Source: an uncultured cyanobacterium
Lineage (GTDB): Bacteria > Cyanobacteriota > Cyanobacteriia > Leptolyngbyales > Leptolyngbyaceae
DNA length: 64,000 nt
NCBI GenBank assembly: GCA_963766075.1
Contig: CAVYAN010000072.1
Coordinates: forward strand, 190,342 to 254,341
Direction: 5' to 3'
The notes under the pieces are model-generated. The model was given only the letters and a program-made list of their open reading frames with translations, was not told where the DNA came from and made no database searches. A program made the position numbers and the translations under genes. Of the stretch, positions 1-11,248 are shown in pieces (the stretch's first letter is position 1; every line of letters starts with the position of its first letter).

Positions 1-1
1 A

Positions 2-1813
2 CGGGAACAGATCCTGGGGGAAATTACCCGTCACATTCGCGAATCCCTCGATCTGAGCCAGATTCTAGAAACAGCGGTCACCGAGGCACGGCAAATTTTC
101 CAGGCGGATCGGGCGCTGATCTTTCGCCTGACTCCCAGTGGAGTGGGTGTGGTGATTCAGGAGTCCGTTTTGCCCGCTTATCCCACAACGGCGGCCATGC
201 ACTTTCCTGATGAATGTTTCCCGCCAGCCTGCTATGCCCATTATTGCCAGGGGCAGCCCCGAATTGTGCCGGATGTAACTCAGGATGAATGGGCCGGCTG
301 TCTCCAGACGTTTATGCAATCCGTCGGCGTGCAATCTAAGCTCGTGGCTCCGATCGTCCAGCGGGATGAGCACGATCAACCCGTGGTGTGGGGATTACTC
401 ATCCTCCATGCCTGTGGCGATCGCCGTCAGTGGCAGCCCGCCGAAGCCGAATTTTTGCAGCAAATTAGTAATCAAATGGCGATCGCCATCCACCAATCCG
501 AGCTTTACCACCAACTTCAGAACACCAACTCCCATCTGGCCCGCGCCACCCGTCTCAAGGATGAGTTTTTGGCCAACATGAGCCACGAACTGCGCACCCC
601 CCTCAATGCCATTTTGGGATTGTCCGAGGCTCTGCAAAGCCATGCCTTTGGGCCGATCAACCCAAAACAGCAGCAGTTTCTAACCACCATTCAATCCAGT
701 GGCCATCACCTGCTATCCCTGATTAATGACATTTTGGACCTAGCCAAGATGGAAGCAGGCAAACTCGACTTGATGATGCATCCCGTCGCCATTCAGCACT
801 TGTGCCAGTCCAGCCTCGTCATGGTGGAGCAACAGGCCCTCCAAAAAGGGGTAAGGCTGATCGTCAGCCTCGATCCGAGCCTAGGCCACATCGAAGTCGA
901 TGAATTGCGCATTCGCCAAGTTTTGGTCAATCTGCTGAACAACGCCGTGAAATTTACAGCCACTGGTGGCGCAGTCTCCCTGACGGTTAGTCCCCACCCC
1001 CCAGTCGGCCCTCCTGGGATCATGCCAGACAATGCTGCCTCCAGCCCCAGCCCTCACAACCTTGCTCCCTCGATCTATGCTCCCCTGAGCTATGTTCCCC
1101 AAGACCAAACACACTACCTCTACTTTGCCATCGAGGACACAGGCATTGGCATTGCACCGGAAGATCTGGGCAAATTATTCCAAACCTTTGTCCAATTGGA
1201 CAGTGGCTTAGCACGCCATTACGAGGGCACAGGGCTAGGACTGGTGCTCGTCCAACGGATTGTGCATCTCCATGGGGGACAGGTCACCGTGGCCAGTGTG
1301 CTCGGGCAGGGAAGTCGGTTTACGGTGGCACTACCCCGGCGACAGCGGGGAATTGCCCCGGATATCCAGGAGCCAGAACGCCAGCAGGGGGAGGCCGCCA
1401 AGACTTGGGTTCCCGGCCCCGCTTCTCAGCCGTCGAGTCCATTAATTTTGCTCGCGGAGGATAATCCAGCCAACGCGCATATGGTGTGCAGCTACCTAGA
1501 GGGCCGGGGCTATCGGCTCCTGTTGGCCGCAGATGGGCAGGAGGCGATCGCGCTCACTCAACGCCATCAGCCAGAACTGATTCTGATGGATATTCAAATG
1601 CCTGGAATGGATGGCCTGACAGCCATTCGCCACCTGCGGCAGGATCCCCAGTCGGCAACCGTGCCGATCATCGCCATGACGGCCCTCGCCATGTCCGGCG
1701 ATCGGGAACGGTGTTTAGAGACAGGTGCCAGTGCCTATGTATCCAAGCCCGTCAGCCTGAAGCAGCTTGTAGAGACAATTCAACGGCTTTTAAATTCAGT
1801 TCGCCCGATTTAG
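2..1813 (+). CDS. Hybrid sensor histidine kinase (GAF-HisKA-HATPase-REC), 5'-truncated by the window edge; GAF is cyanobacteriochrome-like
   Basis: Frame is open from position 2 (REQILGEITRHIRESLDL...). GAF has DECF, CL and WGLLILHAC; H-box FLANMSHELRTPLN; N/G boxes; receiver LILMDIQMPGMDG. Confidence 0.9.
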   Translation, partial: REQILGEITRHIRESLDLSQILETAVTEARQIFQADRALIFRLTPSGVGVVIQESVLPAYPTTAAMHFPDECFPPACYAHYCQGQPRIVPDVTQDEWAGCLQTFMQSVGVQSKLVAPIVQRDEHDQPVVWGLLILHACGDRRQWQPAEAEFLQQISNQMAIAIHQSELYHQLQNTNSHLARATRLKDEFLANMSHELRTPLNAILGLSEALQSHAFGPINPKQQQFLTTIQSSGHHLLSLINDILDLAKMEAGKLDLMMHPVAIQHLCQSSLVMVEQQALQKGVRLIVSLDPSLGHIEVDELRIRQVLVNLLNNAVKFTATGGAVSLTVSPHPPVGPPGIMPDNAASSPSPHNLAPSIYAPLSYVPQDQTHYLYFAIEDTGIGIAPEDLGKLFQTFVQLDSGLARHYEGTGLGLVLVQRIVHLHGGQVTVASVLGQGSRFTVALPRRQRGIAPDIQEPERQQGEAAKTWVPGPASQPSSPLILLAEDNPANAHMVCSYLEGRGYRLLLAADGQEAIALTQRHQPELILMDIQMPGMDGLTAIRHLRQDPQSATVPIIAMTALAMSGDRERCLETGASAYVSKPVSLKQLVETIQRLLNSVRPI

Positions 1814-1951
1814 AACCCCCTGCCCTTGCTTAGCTTGAAAAAATCAAGTCCCGCTTACTCCCAACGGTGGATTTCGACTGCGCTCAATCCACAGGCCAAT
1901 GGACGAGGGCTTCGACTGCGCTCAGCCCTCGCTCATTGGCTTCTCGCTGCC

Positions 1952-3424
1952 TCAAAACTTGCCACCCATCATTTGCCCGAGGCGATCCACCGTCAGATCT
2001 GCTGCTGGAATCGGCGCAGAAACCTCGCCGCCGCTGAAGACTAAGACGCGATCGCTGTATTGCATAATCTCATCCAAATCTGAAGACATGAACAAAATCG
2101 CCGTGCCGCCTTGGCAGCGGGCGACTAACTGTTGCCAAACCCATAGGGACGATTCAATATCCAAGCCGCGAGTGGGATGTTCCATTAGCAGCAGATCCAG
2201 CGGCACGGGCAAAAGGGCCAGTTGGGTGCGCTGTTGATTCCCACCCGAGAGGCGCTCAACTTTAGAATCAGGCTGACCGCGAATATTGAACAGATCGATC
2301 GCATGGCGCGTCTTTTGCAGCGTATCGGACCAATCCACAAACAGACCCCGAGGGGGAGTCCGCAGGGCTACATGGTCGTGAATCGATAACCCCCGCACCA
2401 GGCCATCCTGGAGGCGATCAGCGGGCGAGTAGCCAATGCCGGCCTTGAGGTAATCGCGGTAGGGGCGATGGGTCATGTTCGCGCCGTTAATGTGCAGTTG
2501 GCCCTGGGTGGCGCGCAGCAAGCCCGCGCAGAGCAGCAGCAGCAATTGCTGACCACTGCCCTCCAACCCGGCTAAGCCCAGGACTTCCCCTTTTCGCACG
2601 GAGAGCTCTTGAAACTGGATACAGAGGCGATCGCCCTTCAACACAAGCTGATCCAACTGAACCGCAGGACAGGCGTGGGGGTCTGGCGTGGGGGCATTGG
2701 CTTTGAGCGGCAGGGCGAGGGTGCGACCAAACATCAGTTCCACGAATTCCGCATCGGAGAAAGGGACCGGGCGATGCCCTACCACTTGGCCATGCCGCAT
2801 AATCGTGACGCGATCGCAGAGCGCATTCACATCCGCCAACTTGTGGGAAACAAAAATAATCGACTTACCCGCCGCCGCCAATTTTTGGGCCGCCGCAAAC
2901 AGCGCATCTTTTTGCAGCGCCGAAATCCCCGTGGTCGGTTCATCCAAAATCAGGGTATTCACGCCCAGGGCCAACAGCCGCAAAATTTCCACCTGTTGGC
3001 GCTCACCCACGGTCAAGTCACTCAGCGGTGCATGAATATCCAACCTGAAATTGAGCAACCCCGACCAATAGTCAAAATCGCGCAACACCTGAGAGCGATT
3101 TAGCCACAGACCGCCCGGACGGCCCACCATAAAGTTATCCAGGACGGAAAGGGGCGGAAAATCGAGCGGATCCTGATGTAACATCCCAATGCCTTGACGA
3201 ATGGCATCAGCAGGGGTCTGCAAGGTCGCGAGCTGGTCATTCAGCAGGATCAGGCCGCGATCGCGCCGAATAAACCCACTCAGCATTTTTACGAGGGTAC
3301 TTTTGCCCGCTCCATTTTCCCCCAACAGTCCGTGGATGCTGCCCGCCTCCACCGTCATAGAGACATCATCATTGGCTTGGACAGGGCCAAAGCGCTTAGA
3401 AATGTTTTGCAGTTCAACTTTCAT
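1952..3424 (-). CDS. ABC transporter ATP-binding protein, tandem NBD (nucleoside/sugar, BMP-associated type)
   Basis: Walker A GENGAGKS, LILDEPT, second NBD with LSGGNQQ; adjacent to BMP-type binding proteins. Confidence 0.9.
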   Translation of the reverse strand: MKVELQNISKRFGPVQANDDVSMTVEAGSIHGLLGENGAGKSTLVKMLSGFIRRDRGLILLNDQLATLQTPADAIRQGIGMLHQDPLDFPPLSVLDNFMVGRPGGLWLNRSQVLRDFDYWSGLLNFRLDIHAPLSDLTVGERQQVEILRLLALGVNTLILDEPTTGISALQKDALFAAAQKLAAAGKSIIFVSHKLADVNALCDRVTIMRHGQVVGHRPVPFSDAEFVELMFGRTLALPLKANAPTPDPHACPAVQLDQLVLKGDRLCIQFQELSVRKGEVLGLAGLEGSGQQLLLLLCAGLLRATQGQLHINGANMTHRPYRDYLKAGIGYSPADRLQDGLVRGLSIHDHVALRTPPRGLFVDWSDTLQKTRHAIDLFNIRGQPDSKVERLSGGNQQRTQLALLPVPLDLLLMEHPTRGLDIESSLWVWQQLVARCQGGTAILFMSSDLDEIMQYSDRVLVFSGGEVSAPIPAADLTVDRLGQMMGGKF

Positions 3425-3478
3425 CCAAATTCCATTCCAGAACCGATCCTGGGGGCCACAGCCCCCAAGACGAGTGGG

Positions 3479-4746
3479 CTACTTACTCGGTCCTTCCATC
3501 CCGGCCACCAACTGCGGCATGTACCAAATTTGCTGCTCTGTAGCAATTTCTCCAGCCTTCACAAAGGGTGTGCCGTCCTGGAAATTAATCGGTCCCTTAT
3601 AGGGGTTGATACTGCCGTCTCCTAACCCCTTAATGAACTGATCAATAAATTTCTTTTTCTCGCCGAGGGCTTTCCCTGGAATAAAGCCCAGCATCGAGTC
3701 TGGTGCATTGATGTCCTTCCAGTTCGGGGGCAGCCAAACAAATTCATTAGGCATTTTGCCATCCTTGGCCTTTTGGACAGCGGCGGCATAGGGCAAGGCC
3801 CAGTTGTAATAGGGCACCCCTAGGCAAATGTCTGGAGCCATATCGCAGCCCGTCTTCAGGTCGTAGTGGACAAACTTAACCGGCTTGCCAGCCGCAGCGG
3901 CTTTTTTGCCCTGGGTCGCGACCTCGGGGGTGTCAATGCCCGACATCACCACGTCATAGCCGCCGTTGTAGTAGTCATCGGCGACCTTGGTGGGATCAAG
4001 GGTTTTGCCGGGAATGTTGAACCAGAAGCCAATCCAGGTGACTTTAAACGTCAAATCGGCAGCGGGCTTTTTGACGTAGTTTTCCCAACAATATTTGGCT
4101 CCCAGGTAGGCGGCAGAGGTATAGCGACGAGTTTCATCATTGATTAGGGGGCCGAGGTAGCCAATTTTGCCCGTCTCTGTGCCAAGGGCCGCCACACAGC
4201 CCGCCATCATTTTGCCGTATTCCATCCGGGCCATAATGTTGCCCAGATTGGCCTGGTTTTTGAAGTTTTTGCCATCTTTCCAAGCGTAGTCACCGGAAGC
4301 GTGGATCACCGCCACCTGAGGATATTTTTTGGCCGTCGCCAGGGAATCGTCTTTCAAATCATCCGAGTTGAAGATGATCATCTTGGCTCCCTTGCCGATC
4401 AGCTCATCGGCCACTTGGGCACCCGTGACGTTAGGGCGATCGCCCGGATTCACCTTATCCACGTACTCAAACTTCACCCCCGGAATTTGCTTGGCTACGG
4501 CTTCCATGCCTTCGTAGTGGGCTTGGTTCCAGCCCGCATCATTTTTTGGCCCGACAATCACCATGCCCACGGTAAAGTCGCTGGCAGCGGGACTGCCTGC
4601 TGCGCCGGTGGGTGAGGGCGAATTCGTCGCAGAAGGGCTACCACAGGCCCCCACCATCAAACTGAGGGCAACCAGGCGTCCCAGCGCATGGGGCGGTGCA
4701 TCCCAGAGCAGATTAAAGAAGCAAGACGGGCGCGATTTTGATTCAT
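3479..4746 (-). CDS. BMP-family ABC substrate-binding lipoprotein, copy 1 (1-nt frameshift near 4680)
   Basis: Lipobox VGAC and GPKNDAGWNQAHYEG. The true start MNQNRARL at 4746 matches the paralog, with one base missing at ~4680. Confidence 0.85.
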
Positions 4747-5172
4747 AAACTTACGGCTCACAACCACACAAAGTTAATACAACAAAACGTGAATCAGGGG
4801 GCAACTTTCAAGAGCAACCTTCAAGTTCCGAGGCGGGTCACATCCCTAGGCCACGGCCTAAACCGATCGCGCCTGGAGCCATCCCCCCAATCTGGCAAGA
4901 TTATCCTACGCAAAACGGCACAAACTTCGAGTCAAACAGAATATTTTCCTAACCCAGTCCAGATCAACAGCATTTGCTCTCTGCAATTAAGGCGATCGCT
5001 CCATTTATAAATGTATACACTGCCACAATTTACCAGGAATTCGCGGGCTTCATGGTCAAAGTCATGCTGTGGGCGCTATTTCAGCGCCCGTTACTCCAGA
5101 GAAAGGACGGGGCAATCGCCGACGCAATTCATCCTAAATGACGACCAATGATGACCATCACTCAAGATGAAG

Positions 5173-6441
5173 CTACTTACTTACTCCTTCCATCCCGGCA
5201 ATCAACTGCGGCATGTACCAAATTTGCTGTTCCGTTGCGGTTTCTCCCGCCTTCACAAAGGGTTTGCCATCCTGGAAGTTAATCGGTCCCTTGTAGAGGT
5301 TGATGCTGCCATCTCCTAACCCCTTTGCGAACTGTTCAACCAATTTCTTTTTCTCGCCACTCAGGGCCTTCCCCGGCAAAAATCCCACCATTGAGTCCGC
5401 GGCATTAATATCCTTCCAGTTCGGGGCTAACCAGACAAATTCATTGGGCATTTTGCCATCCTTGGCCTTTTGGACAGCGGCGGCATAGGGCAAAGCCCAG
5501 TTGTAATAGGGCACCCCTAGGCAAATGTCCGGAGCAAGCTCACAGCCCGTCTTGAGGTCATAGTGGACAAACTTGACCGGCTTGCCAGCCGCAGCGGCTT
5601 TTTTGCCCTCACTGGCGACTTCAGGGGTATCAATGCCCGACATCACCACGTCAAAGCCCCCGTTGTAATAGTCATCGGCAACTTTAACCGGGTCGAGGGT
5701 CTTGCCAGGAAGGTTGAACCAGAAGCCAATCCAGGTCACTTTAAACGTCAACTCGGCTGCGGGCTTTTTGACATAGTTTTCCCAGCAGTATTTGGCTCCT
5801 AGATAAGCAGCAGCGGTGTAGCGGTGGGTCTCGTCATTCATCAGAGAACTGAGATAGCCAATTTTTCCCGTTTCTGTGCCGAGGGCCGCCGCGCAGCCCG
5901 CCATCATTTTGCCGTATTCCATCCGGGCCATAATGTTGCCCAGGTTGGCCTGGTTTTTGAAGTTTTTGCCATCTTTCCAGGCGTAGTCACCGGAGGCATG
6001 GATCACGGCCACCTGGGGATGTTTCTTGGCTGTCTCCAGGGACTCATCTTTGAAATCGTCGGAGTTGAAGATGATCATCTTAGCGCCCTTCTCAATTAGC
6101 TCATCGGCCACTTGAGAAGCGGTAATGTTGGGGCGAACGCCGGGATTCACCATATCCACATACTCCAGTTTCACCCCCGGAATTTGCTTGACCACGGCTT
6201 CCATGCCGTCGTAGTGGGCCTCATTCCACCCACCATCGTTTTTAGAACCGACGATCACCATGCCCACGGTAAAGTCGCTGGTGGCAGAACCGCCTGTTGC
6301 GCCGTTGGGCGATGGTGAATTGGCGGCAGGACTACCACAGGCTCCCACCATCAGGGTTAGGGCCACTAGGCGTACCCAGCGCATGGGGTGGTTTATCCCA
6401 GAGCGGATTAAAGAAGCAAGACGGGCACGATTTTGATTCAT
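5173..6441 (-). CDS. BMP-family ABC substrate-binding lipoprotein, copy 2
   Basis: Intact 422-aa ORF, highly similar to 3479-4746; lipobox VGAC. Confidence 0.9.
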   Translation of the reverse strand: MNQNRARLASLIRSGINHPMRWVRLVALTLMVGACGSPAANSPSPNGATGGSATSDFTVGMVIVGSKNDGGWNEAHYDGMEAVVKQIPGVKLEYVDMVNPGVRPNITASQVADELIEKGAKMIIFNSDDFKDESLETAKKHPQVAVIHASGDYAWKDGKNFKNQANLGNIMARMEYGKMMAGCAAALGTETGKIGYLSSLMNDETHRYTAAAYLGAKYCWENYVKKPAAELTFKVTWIGFWFNLPGKTLDPVKVADDYYNGGFDVVMSGIDTPEVASEGKKAAAAGKPVKFVHYDLKTGCELAPDICLGVPYYNWALPYAAAVQKAKDGKMPNEFVWLAPNWKDINAADSMVGFLPGKALSGEKKKLVEQFAKGLGDGSINLYKGPINFQDGKPFVKAGETATEQQIWYMPQLIAGMEGVSK

Positions 6442-6780
6442 AAACTCTACGACTTACAACCACACAAGGTAAATAAAACGCACGTCTGATGTGCGTCAGA
6501 TAAAAGGACAGGAGGGGCTGAGAAGTGAGGTACCGTCTGATAAACGAGGTGCCCTCTAAAATAAACCCAAATCTCCCATGACAAGCATAGACTTTTCTAG
6601 CAGCAACTCCAAACCAGAATGTATCAGGGAGTACCGACAGATTTAAAATGGTCAGCATTTTCACAGTCCACACTGAAATCTTGATAAACCGGAAATATGG
6701 ATGAATTATTTTTGGGATGATATCGCTTGAACTGGAGGGGCCGCTCTCCCAATGAAACATTGGCTATCCGATGCCTAGAC

Positions 6781-6814
6781 GAGCATCGTTTTTCAAGTTT
6801 GAAAAACGATGCTC
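6781..6814. repeat. Perfect 16-bp inverted repeat, intergenic
   Basis: GAGCATCGTTTTTCAA-GT-TTGAAAAACGATGCTC. Confidence 0.85.
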
Positions 6815-6951
6815 AGGATCACCATTTATTCTGGCCATTTATTCTGGTTAGAGAGTCTGTGATGCCCAGAGGGGTTGGAATTTGGAATTTGAAATTATGA
6901 ATCGCCATTACTCCTGATAATAGAACCTGTTGCGTTGTTAGGTACTCCTCT

Positions 6952-8162
6952 TTGATTCTGCTCTCCATGCTTGGTCTAGGCTGGATTGGCCTAATCCTCT
7001 ATTCGGTGTATTTGCAGCGGGCCATCGGTGCGATCGCCCAACTAAAGCCCCTGCCCTCCGCACATTATGAAGATGCACAGGGGGAAAATTTTCCCAGAGT
7101 GACGGTGATTATCCCGGCCTACAACGAAGCCGAAAACATTGAAGCGTGCGTGCTATCTGTGCTGGAGAGTACACACTTAGGGGCTGATCGCCTAGCTATC
7201 TGGGTTGTCGATGATCAATCCACGGATGCCACGCCGAAGTTATTACAGAATTTGGCGGAGCGATCGCTCGATCCCCGCCTCCAGATTTGGGCCGGACAGC
7301 CCCGCCCCAGGGACGCCCAATGGCGCGGCAAAAACTGGGCCTGTGTCCAAGCCGCCGATCGCACCACCAGCGAATTTATCCTATTCATCGATGCGGATGT
7401 GCGGCTGCAACCGGGGCGATCGAGGGGGCGGTGCAGACTGCCCAAGCCCAATCGGTGGATCTGTTGAATTGTGTACCGGCCTTGGTCTGTGGCTCGTTGG
7501 TCGAATGGTTGGTCCAGCCCCTGATTTTCATGAATCTGCTCATGTCTTTTGATTCAGCGGCGGTTAAAGATCCCCAAAATGCCACAGCCTTTGCCGCCGG
7601 TCCGTTTATGCTGTTTCGACGAACCGCCTATGAGGCCGTCGGCGGACACCGAGCTGTAGCCGATCAAATCGCCGAAGATGTCGCCCTGGCCCGCCGGATT
7701 AAGCACCACGGACTGCGCCTGGGGTATTACCTGGGTGCAAACATCGCCAGCTTGCGGATGTATCGCACCTGGAGCACGCTGTGGGAAGGCTGGACCAAGG
7801 TTTTGTATGTGGGTGCCCAGCGAAATGCTCTCCTAATGGTATTGCTGGCGGCAATGATGATGACACTGTTCTGCATACCCGGATTCAGCTTCGCTATTTT
7901 TGTTTTTCAGATCTTAATAAACTCCTGGGGGAGCGGGACGGGTTGGGTTGGGGTAAACCTGGGGTGTGTCGCGATCGCGCTCCTTTGCGTCGGTTGGCAC
8001 TATCGCCTGCGGATTCAGATCGCCCAAGCGTTGAACAGCAGCCCCAAGTATTGGTGGTTGCAAAGTGTGGGTGGGGGGATGGTGGCGGCCTTGGCGATCG
8101 CCTCGGTGATCAAAACCGAGACGGGTTGGGGCTGGACCTGGCGAGGGCGATCGTTAAAGTAG
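6952..8162 (+). CDS. Glycosyltransferase family 2, membrane-anchored (frameshift ~7410)
   Basis: IIPAYNEA, VVDDQSTD and FIDAD lie in the first ORF; GPFMLFRR, IAED and C-terminal TM helices lie in the overlapping second ORF. Confidence 0.85.
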
Positions 8163-11006
8163 GGGCATCTGGGCAAAATGCTCCAACAGCAGCCGATGGA
8201 TGAAAATATAGCCCCCGCCCACCTTTTGCATGAAAATCAGGGTTGTAGCGTGGTCTAAAAAGCGGGCATAATTCCACGGCGCATAGCCATTTTTCCAGAG
8301 AATGATCCGCAGGAGCGTGTGTTGCAAGAAGGTCAACCCAGAATTGCCGCCCCCCACCAACCAATTAATCGCGCCCACCATCGCGCCCACCATTACCCCA
8401 AAGACAACACCATCCGGAGGCTGATGGATGTCGCCATAGTTAATCCACCACAGTGTGTTCGGGTACCGAGCGTGCAGCCACCAAGTAGACGTACTCAGCA
8501 CCCCGGCTAGCACTCCGCCTAGAACGCTGAGGGTGATCGCGTTGTGCAGCGATCGCCAAATGCCTTGGTTCGGCAGACTGCGTCCCTCTACCTCGGAGAT
8601 GCGCTGGAACCCAAAGATCAAGCTAATCACGGCTCCCACAAATAGTCCCAAGGTCAAACAGCCGATCACGCCATCCATCCAGGTAATCCTGTCCTCGCAA
8701 AGGATTTTGACAAGCAGCGAATTAATCACAGCCCTACGACTGCTATCGCAGACCTGGGGAGTGAAGTTTAGTCCGTTCAGAATTGGCTTGGCCAGTAACA
8801 AAAACAGTCCAGCACTGATCCCACACCCAAACCCCACCCCAAACGTCGTTCGCGCCTTAGTCCAAGACCAGCGCACGGTATCGACGGATTCAACCCTGTT
8901 TCCTTCTTGGAGAATAAATCCAAATTCAACGGCAAACAGGATGGCATCTAGCTGCTTGAGGGCATACCCTTTGAATATTTCAAGGTTGAATATTTCAAGC
9001 TTTCCCAACAGACTGGTCAGGATGGCAAACAGGAGACCCGCCATAGGAGCCAGAATCAGCCGGGACCGGATCCGATGCAGAAAGCCCGTCAGCAGTCCGG
9101 CGATCGCCCCGGCACTGACGCCCTGGACGAAACGCAACACCACGCCCACCAAAACCGTCGTGCTAAATCCCAACAGCGTCTTCGGCAGTGCTCTGAACAG
9201 CACACTAGACGTCTCCGGATTGGGATTGTAATTAATCACCTCCGACAGCAGCCCCGTATAGAGGCCGCAACACAGACCAATCACCAGATAGATGCCCAAG
9301 TTATAGCGGCGAATTTGGAACCCGTTCTGGAGCCAGGTGGGCTGGATCTCCTCGATTAAAAACAGGGTTTGGGAGTGCTGCACGAGGCGCTGGGCCAACC
9401 AACTCAGCCAATGCCGTACATCTGCTGGGGTGTAGGTGCTTTTAATCTCCCGCCGTTTAAACATGCGATCAATATAGGTATTGAACAAATGCTGTCGCCG
9501 TTCCTCCAAGCTCAGACTGGGTAAGTTCTCCAGGGAAACGCCCTGATAGGCCAGGGTCATAATATTTAGCATCAGGGGCGATTTGGCCAGTTCCTGAAGC
9601 GAGGTATCGGTTTCAATCAAAACCCGCAGGGCCGCGAGGTCGGCGGTTGTGTCGTTGAGCGCGTGGCGGATTTGGTCCGGGGTCAGCGATCGCACATACA
9701 CCGCCGCCTGAAAATTCAGCCGCTGGGTGAGGGCGTTGTAGTCCTTGATCCGGCTACACACCACCATTTCCGTACCATGGAGTTGCTGAAATAGATTTAA
9801 CGCAGTAATACAGGGATCCCGTAAGTCGGCTCTGACTTCATCGAGACCATCCAATAACAACAACAGGTCCTGGTTCCGTAACCATGCATCACCAATGGTC
9901 AGGGGCACCTGGTACTTGGCGTTCAGCTCCGCCACCACCCACTGAGCAATGCTTTGCTTGCCCCCTTCCCAGGAAGAGAGGTTAAAAACCACTGGAATTC
10001 GGTGATCCAGTCCTGCTTCTGCCCGCACCAGCAGATCCCGCGTGAGTTCCAACAGGGTCGTCGTTTTCCCCGCCCCCGGTTCTCCCAAAATCAGCAGGGT
10101 TCGCCCTTCGCCCAGTTGGTCAAACACCCCAACAATTCGGATATCCGCTGCTAAGACCCGGGGCTGCTGCTCCTGCATCTCCAGGGAAATATTCCAGGGG
10201 TGGGCGATCGCCTCAGGCCGCGCTTCCATGCCCAAGGCCATCAACACCCGACCATGCAGCGAATTTTCCAGTACGCCCTTAATCCAGAAATTACGGACCT
10301 TATGCAACAGAGCTTGGCGATTGCGATACTGCTGGGGGCTAATCTGCCGCAGCCGCAATTCCGCCGCATGGCGCTCGATTTCCACCTGGCGACTGGCCTG
10401 AATGTAGGTCCGCTGTAGGTTGGTGGGCTGAGGCGCTTGGCGCTCGCCCTCTGCCAACCACTCCTCTGCCTCGGCCAACCCCCGCCCGCGCAGCAGAAAA
10501 CTATGATCCCGTTCGCGGCTGTCCCACTCATGGGCCTGTATCACCAAGCGGGTATGCGCCCGCACATAGTCTAGGTCCGTGGCGATCGCCCGCAGTAATT
10601 TCTGCATCGCCTCCTCAAAGGAATCTTCCTCTCGGAAAAAAATCCAGTTGAGCTTGGCAAGTTCCGAGTGCACCGCTTCATAGCTCACCTCCTGCCAAAC
10701 AATCGGGATCAGCCGTTTACCGTGCTTGAGGGCGTGCTCTAGTTCCTCTCCGCACACCGCCGAGGCCGTCGAGTGAGGGCTAATGATGAAAATAAAGTTG
10801 TTGGCGGCCTCAATCCCCCGATAAATCTCCTGCCGCCAGTCAGCCACGGGTGGAATATCATCCCAATCGACCCAAATATCTTGACCGGTTGCCGCCAAGG
10901 CTAGGTGTAGATTTTGGACAAAGGGCTTATCTCGACGGGAGTAAGAAATAAACAGGTCATAGTGGGCCTGCGATCGCTCAACAGTAGAGGCATCATACGT
11001 AATCAT
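8154..11006 (-). CDS. TIR + NACHT NTPase + multi-transmembrane protein
   Basis: TIR motifs FISYSRRD and CGEELEHA; Walker A GEPGAGKT; Walker B LLLDGLDE; Gly-rich TM region; terminal GGGYIFIHRLLLEHFA. Confidence 0.9.
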   Translation of the reverse strand: MITYDASTVERSQAHYDLFISYSRRDKPFVQNLHLALAATGQDIWVDWDDIPPVADWRQEIYRGIEAANNFIFIISPHSTASAVCGEELEHALKHGKRLIPIVWQEVSYEAVHSELAKLNWIFFREEDSFEEAMQKLLRAIATDLDYVRAHTRLVIQAHEWDSRERDHSFLLRGRGLAEAEEWLAEGERQAPQPTNLQRTYIQASRQVEIERHAAELRLRQISPQQYRNRQALLHKVRNFWIKGVLENSLHGRVLMALGMEARPEAIAHPWNISLEMQEQQPRVLAADIRIVGVFDQLGEGRTLLILGEPGAGKTTTLLELTRDLLVRAEAGLDHRIPVVFNLSSWEGGKQSIAQWVVAELNAKYQVPLTIGDAWLRNQDLLLLLDGLDEVRADLRDPCITALNLFQQLHGTEMVVCSRIKDYNALTQRLNFQAAVYVRSLTPDQIRHALNDTTADLAALRVLIETDTSLQELAKSPLMLNIMTLAYQGVSLENLPSLSLEERRQHLFNTYIDRMFKRREIKSTYTPADVRHWLSWLAQRLVQHSQTLFLIEEIQPTWLQNGFQIRRYNLGIYLVIGLCCGLYTGLLSEVINYNPNPETSSVLFRALPKTLLGFSTTVLVGVVLRFVQGVSAGAIAGLLTGFLHRIRSRLILAPMAGLLFAILTSLLGKLEIFNLEIFKGYALKQLDAILFAVEFGFILQEGNRVESVDTVRWSWTKARTTFGVGFGCGISAGLFLLLAKPILNGLNFTPQVCDSSRRAVINSLLVKILCEDRITWMDGVIGCLTLGLFVGAVISLIFGFQRISEVEGRSLPNQGIWRSLHNAITLSVLGGVLAGVLSTSTWWLHARYPNTLWWINYGDIHQPPDGVVFGVMVGAMVGAINWLVGGGNSGLTFLQHTLLRIILWKNGYAPWNYARFLDHATTLIFMQKVGGGYIFIHRLLLEHFAQMPLL

Positions 11007-11248
11007 GGGATTCCGGCAACAGGGAATACGAGCATAATTTAGGGTCGCAAAGGGATGAGCCTAGTCATTAAATCTGGTGATATTTTATGGCATCATGCCT
11101 TAAATCACCATCTTTCCCAACCTCCAGTAGATCATCCAGGGTCTGGCCTCGAAACCATTGCTGGTAAGCGATTTTCAGCATGAATGCCCACGAATTTGCC
11201 TCACATTTCCCACATCCATTGCCCTATTAATTCCCACGTTAAGAGTTA

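Noticed and set aside
4750..4900. Possible riboswitch upstream of the BMP gene
   Set aside because: Some short stems, but no recognisable purine, ZTP or guanidine consensus. An Rfam scan is needed.
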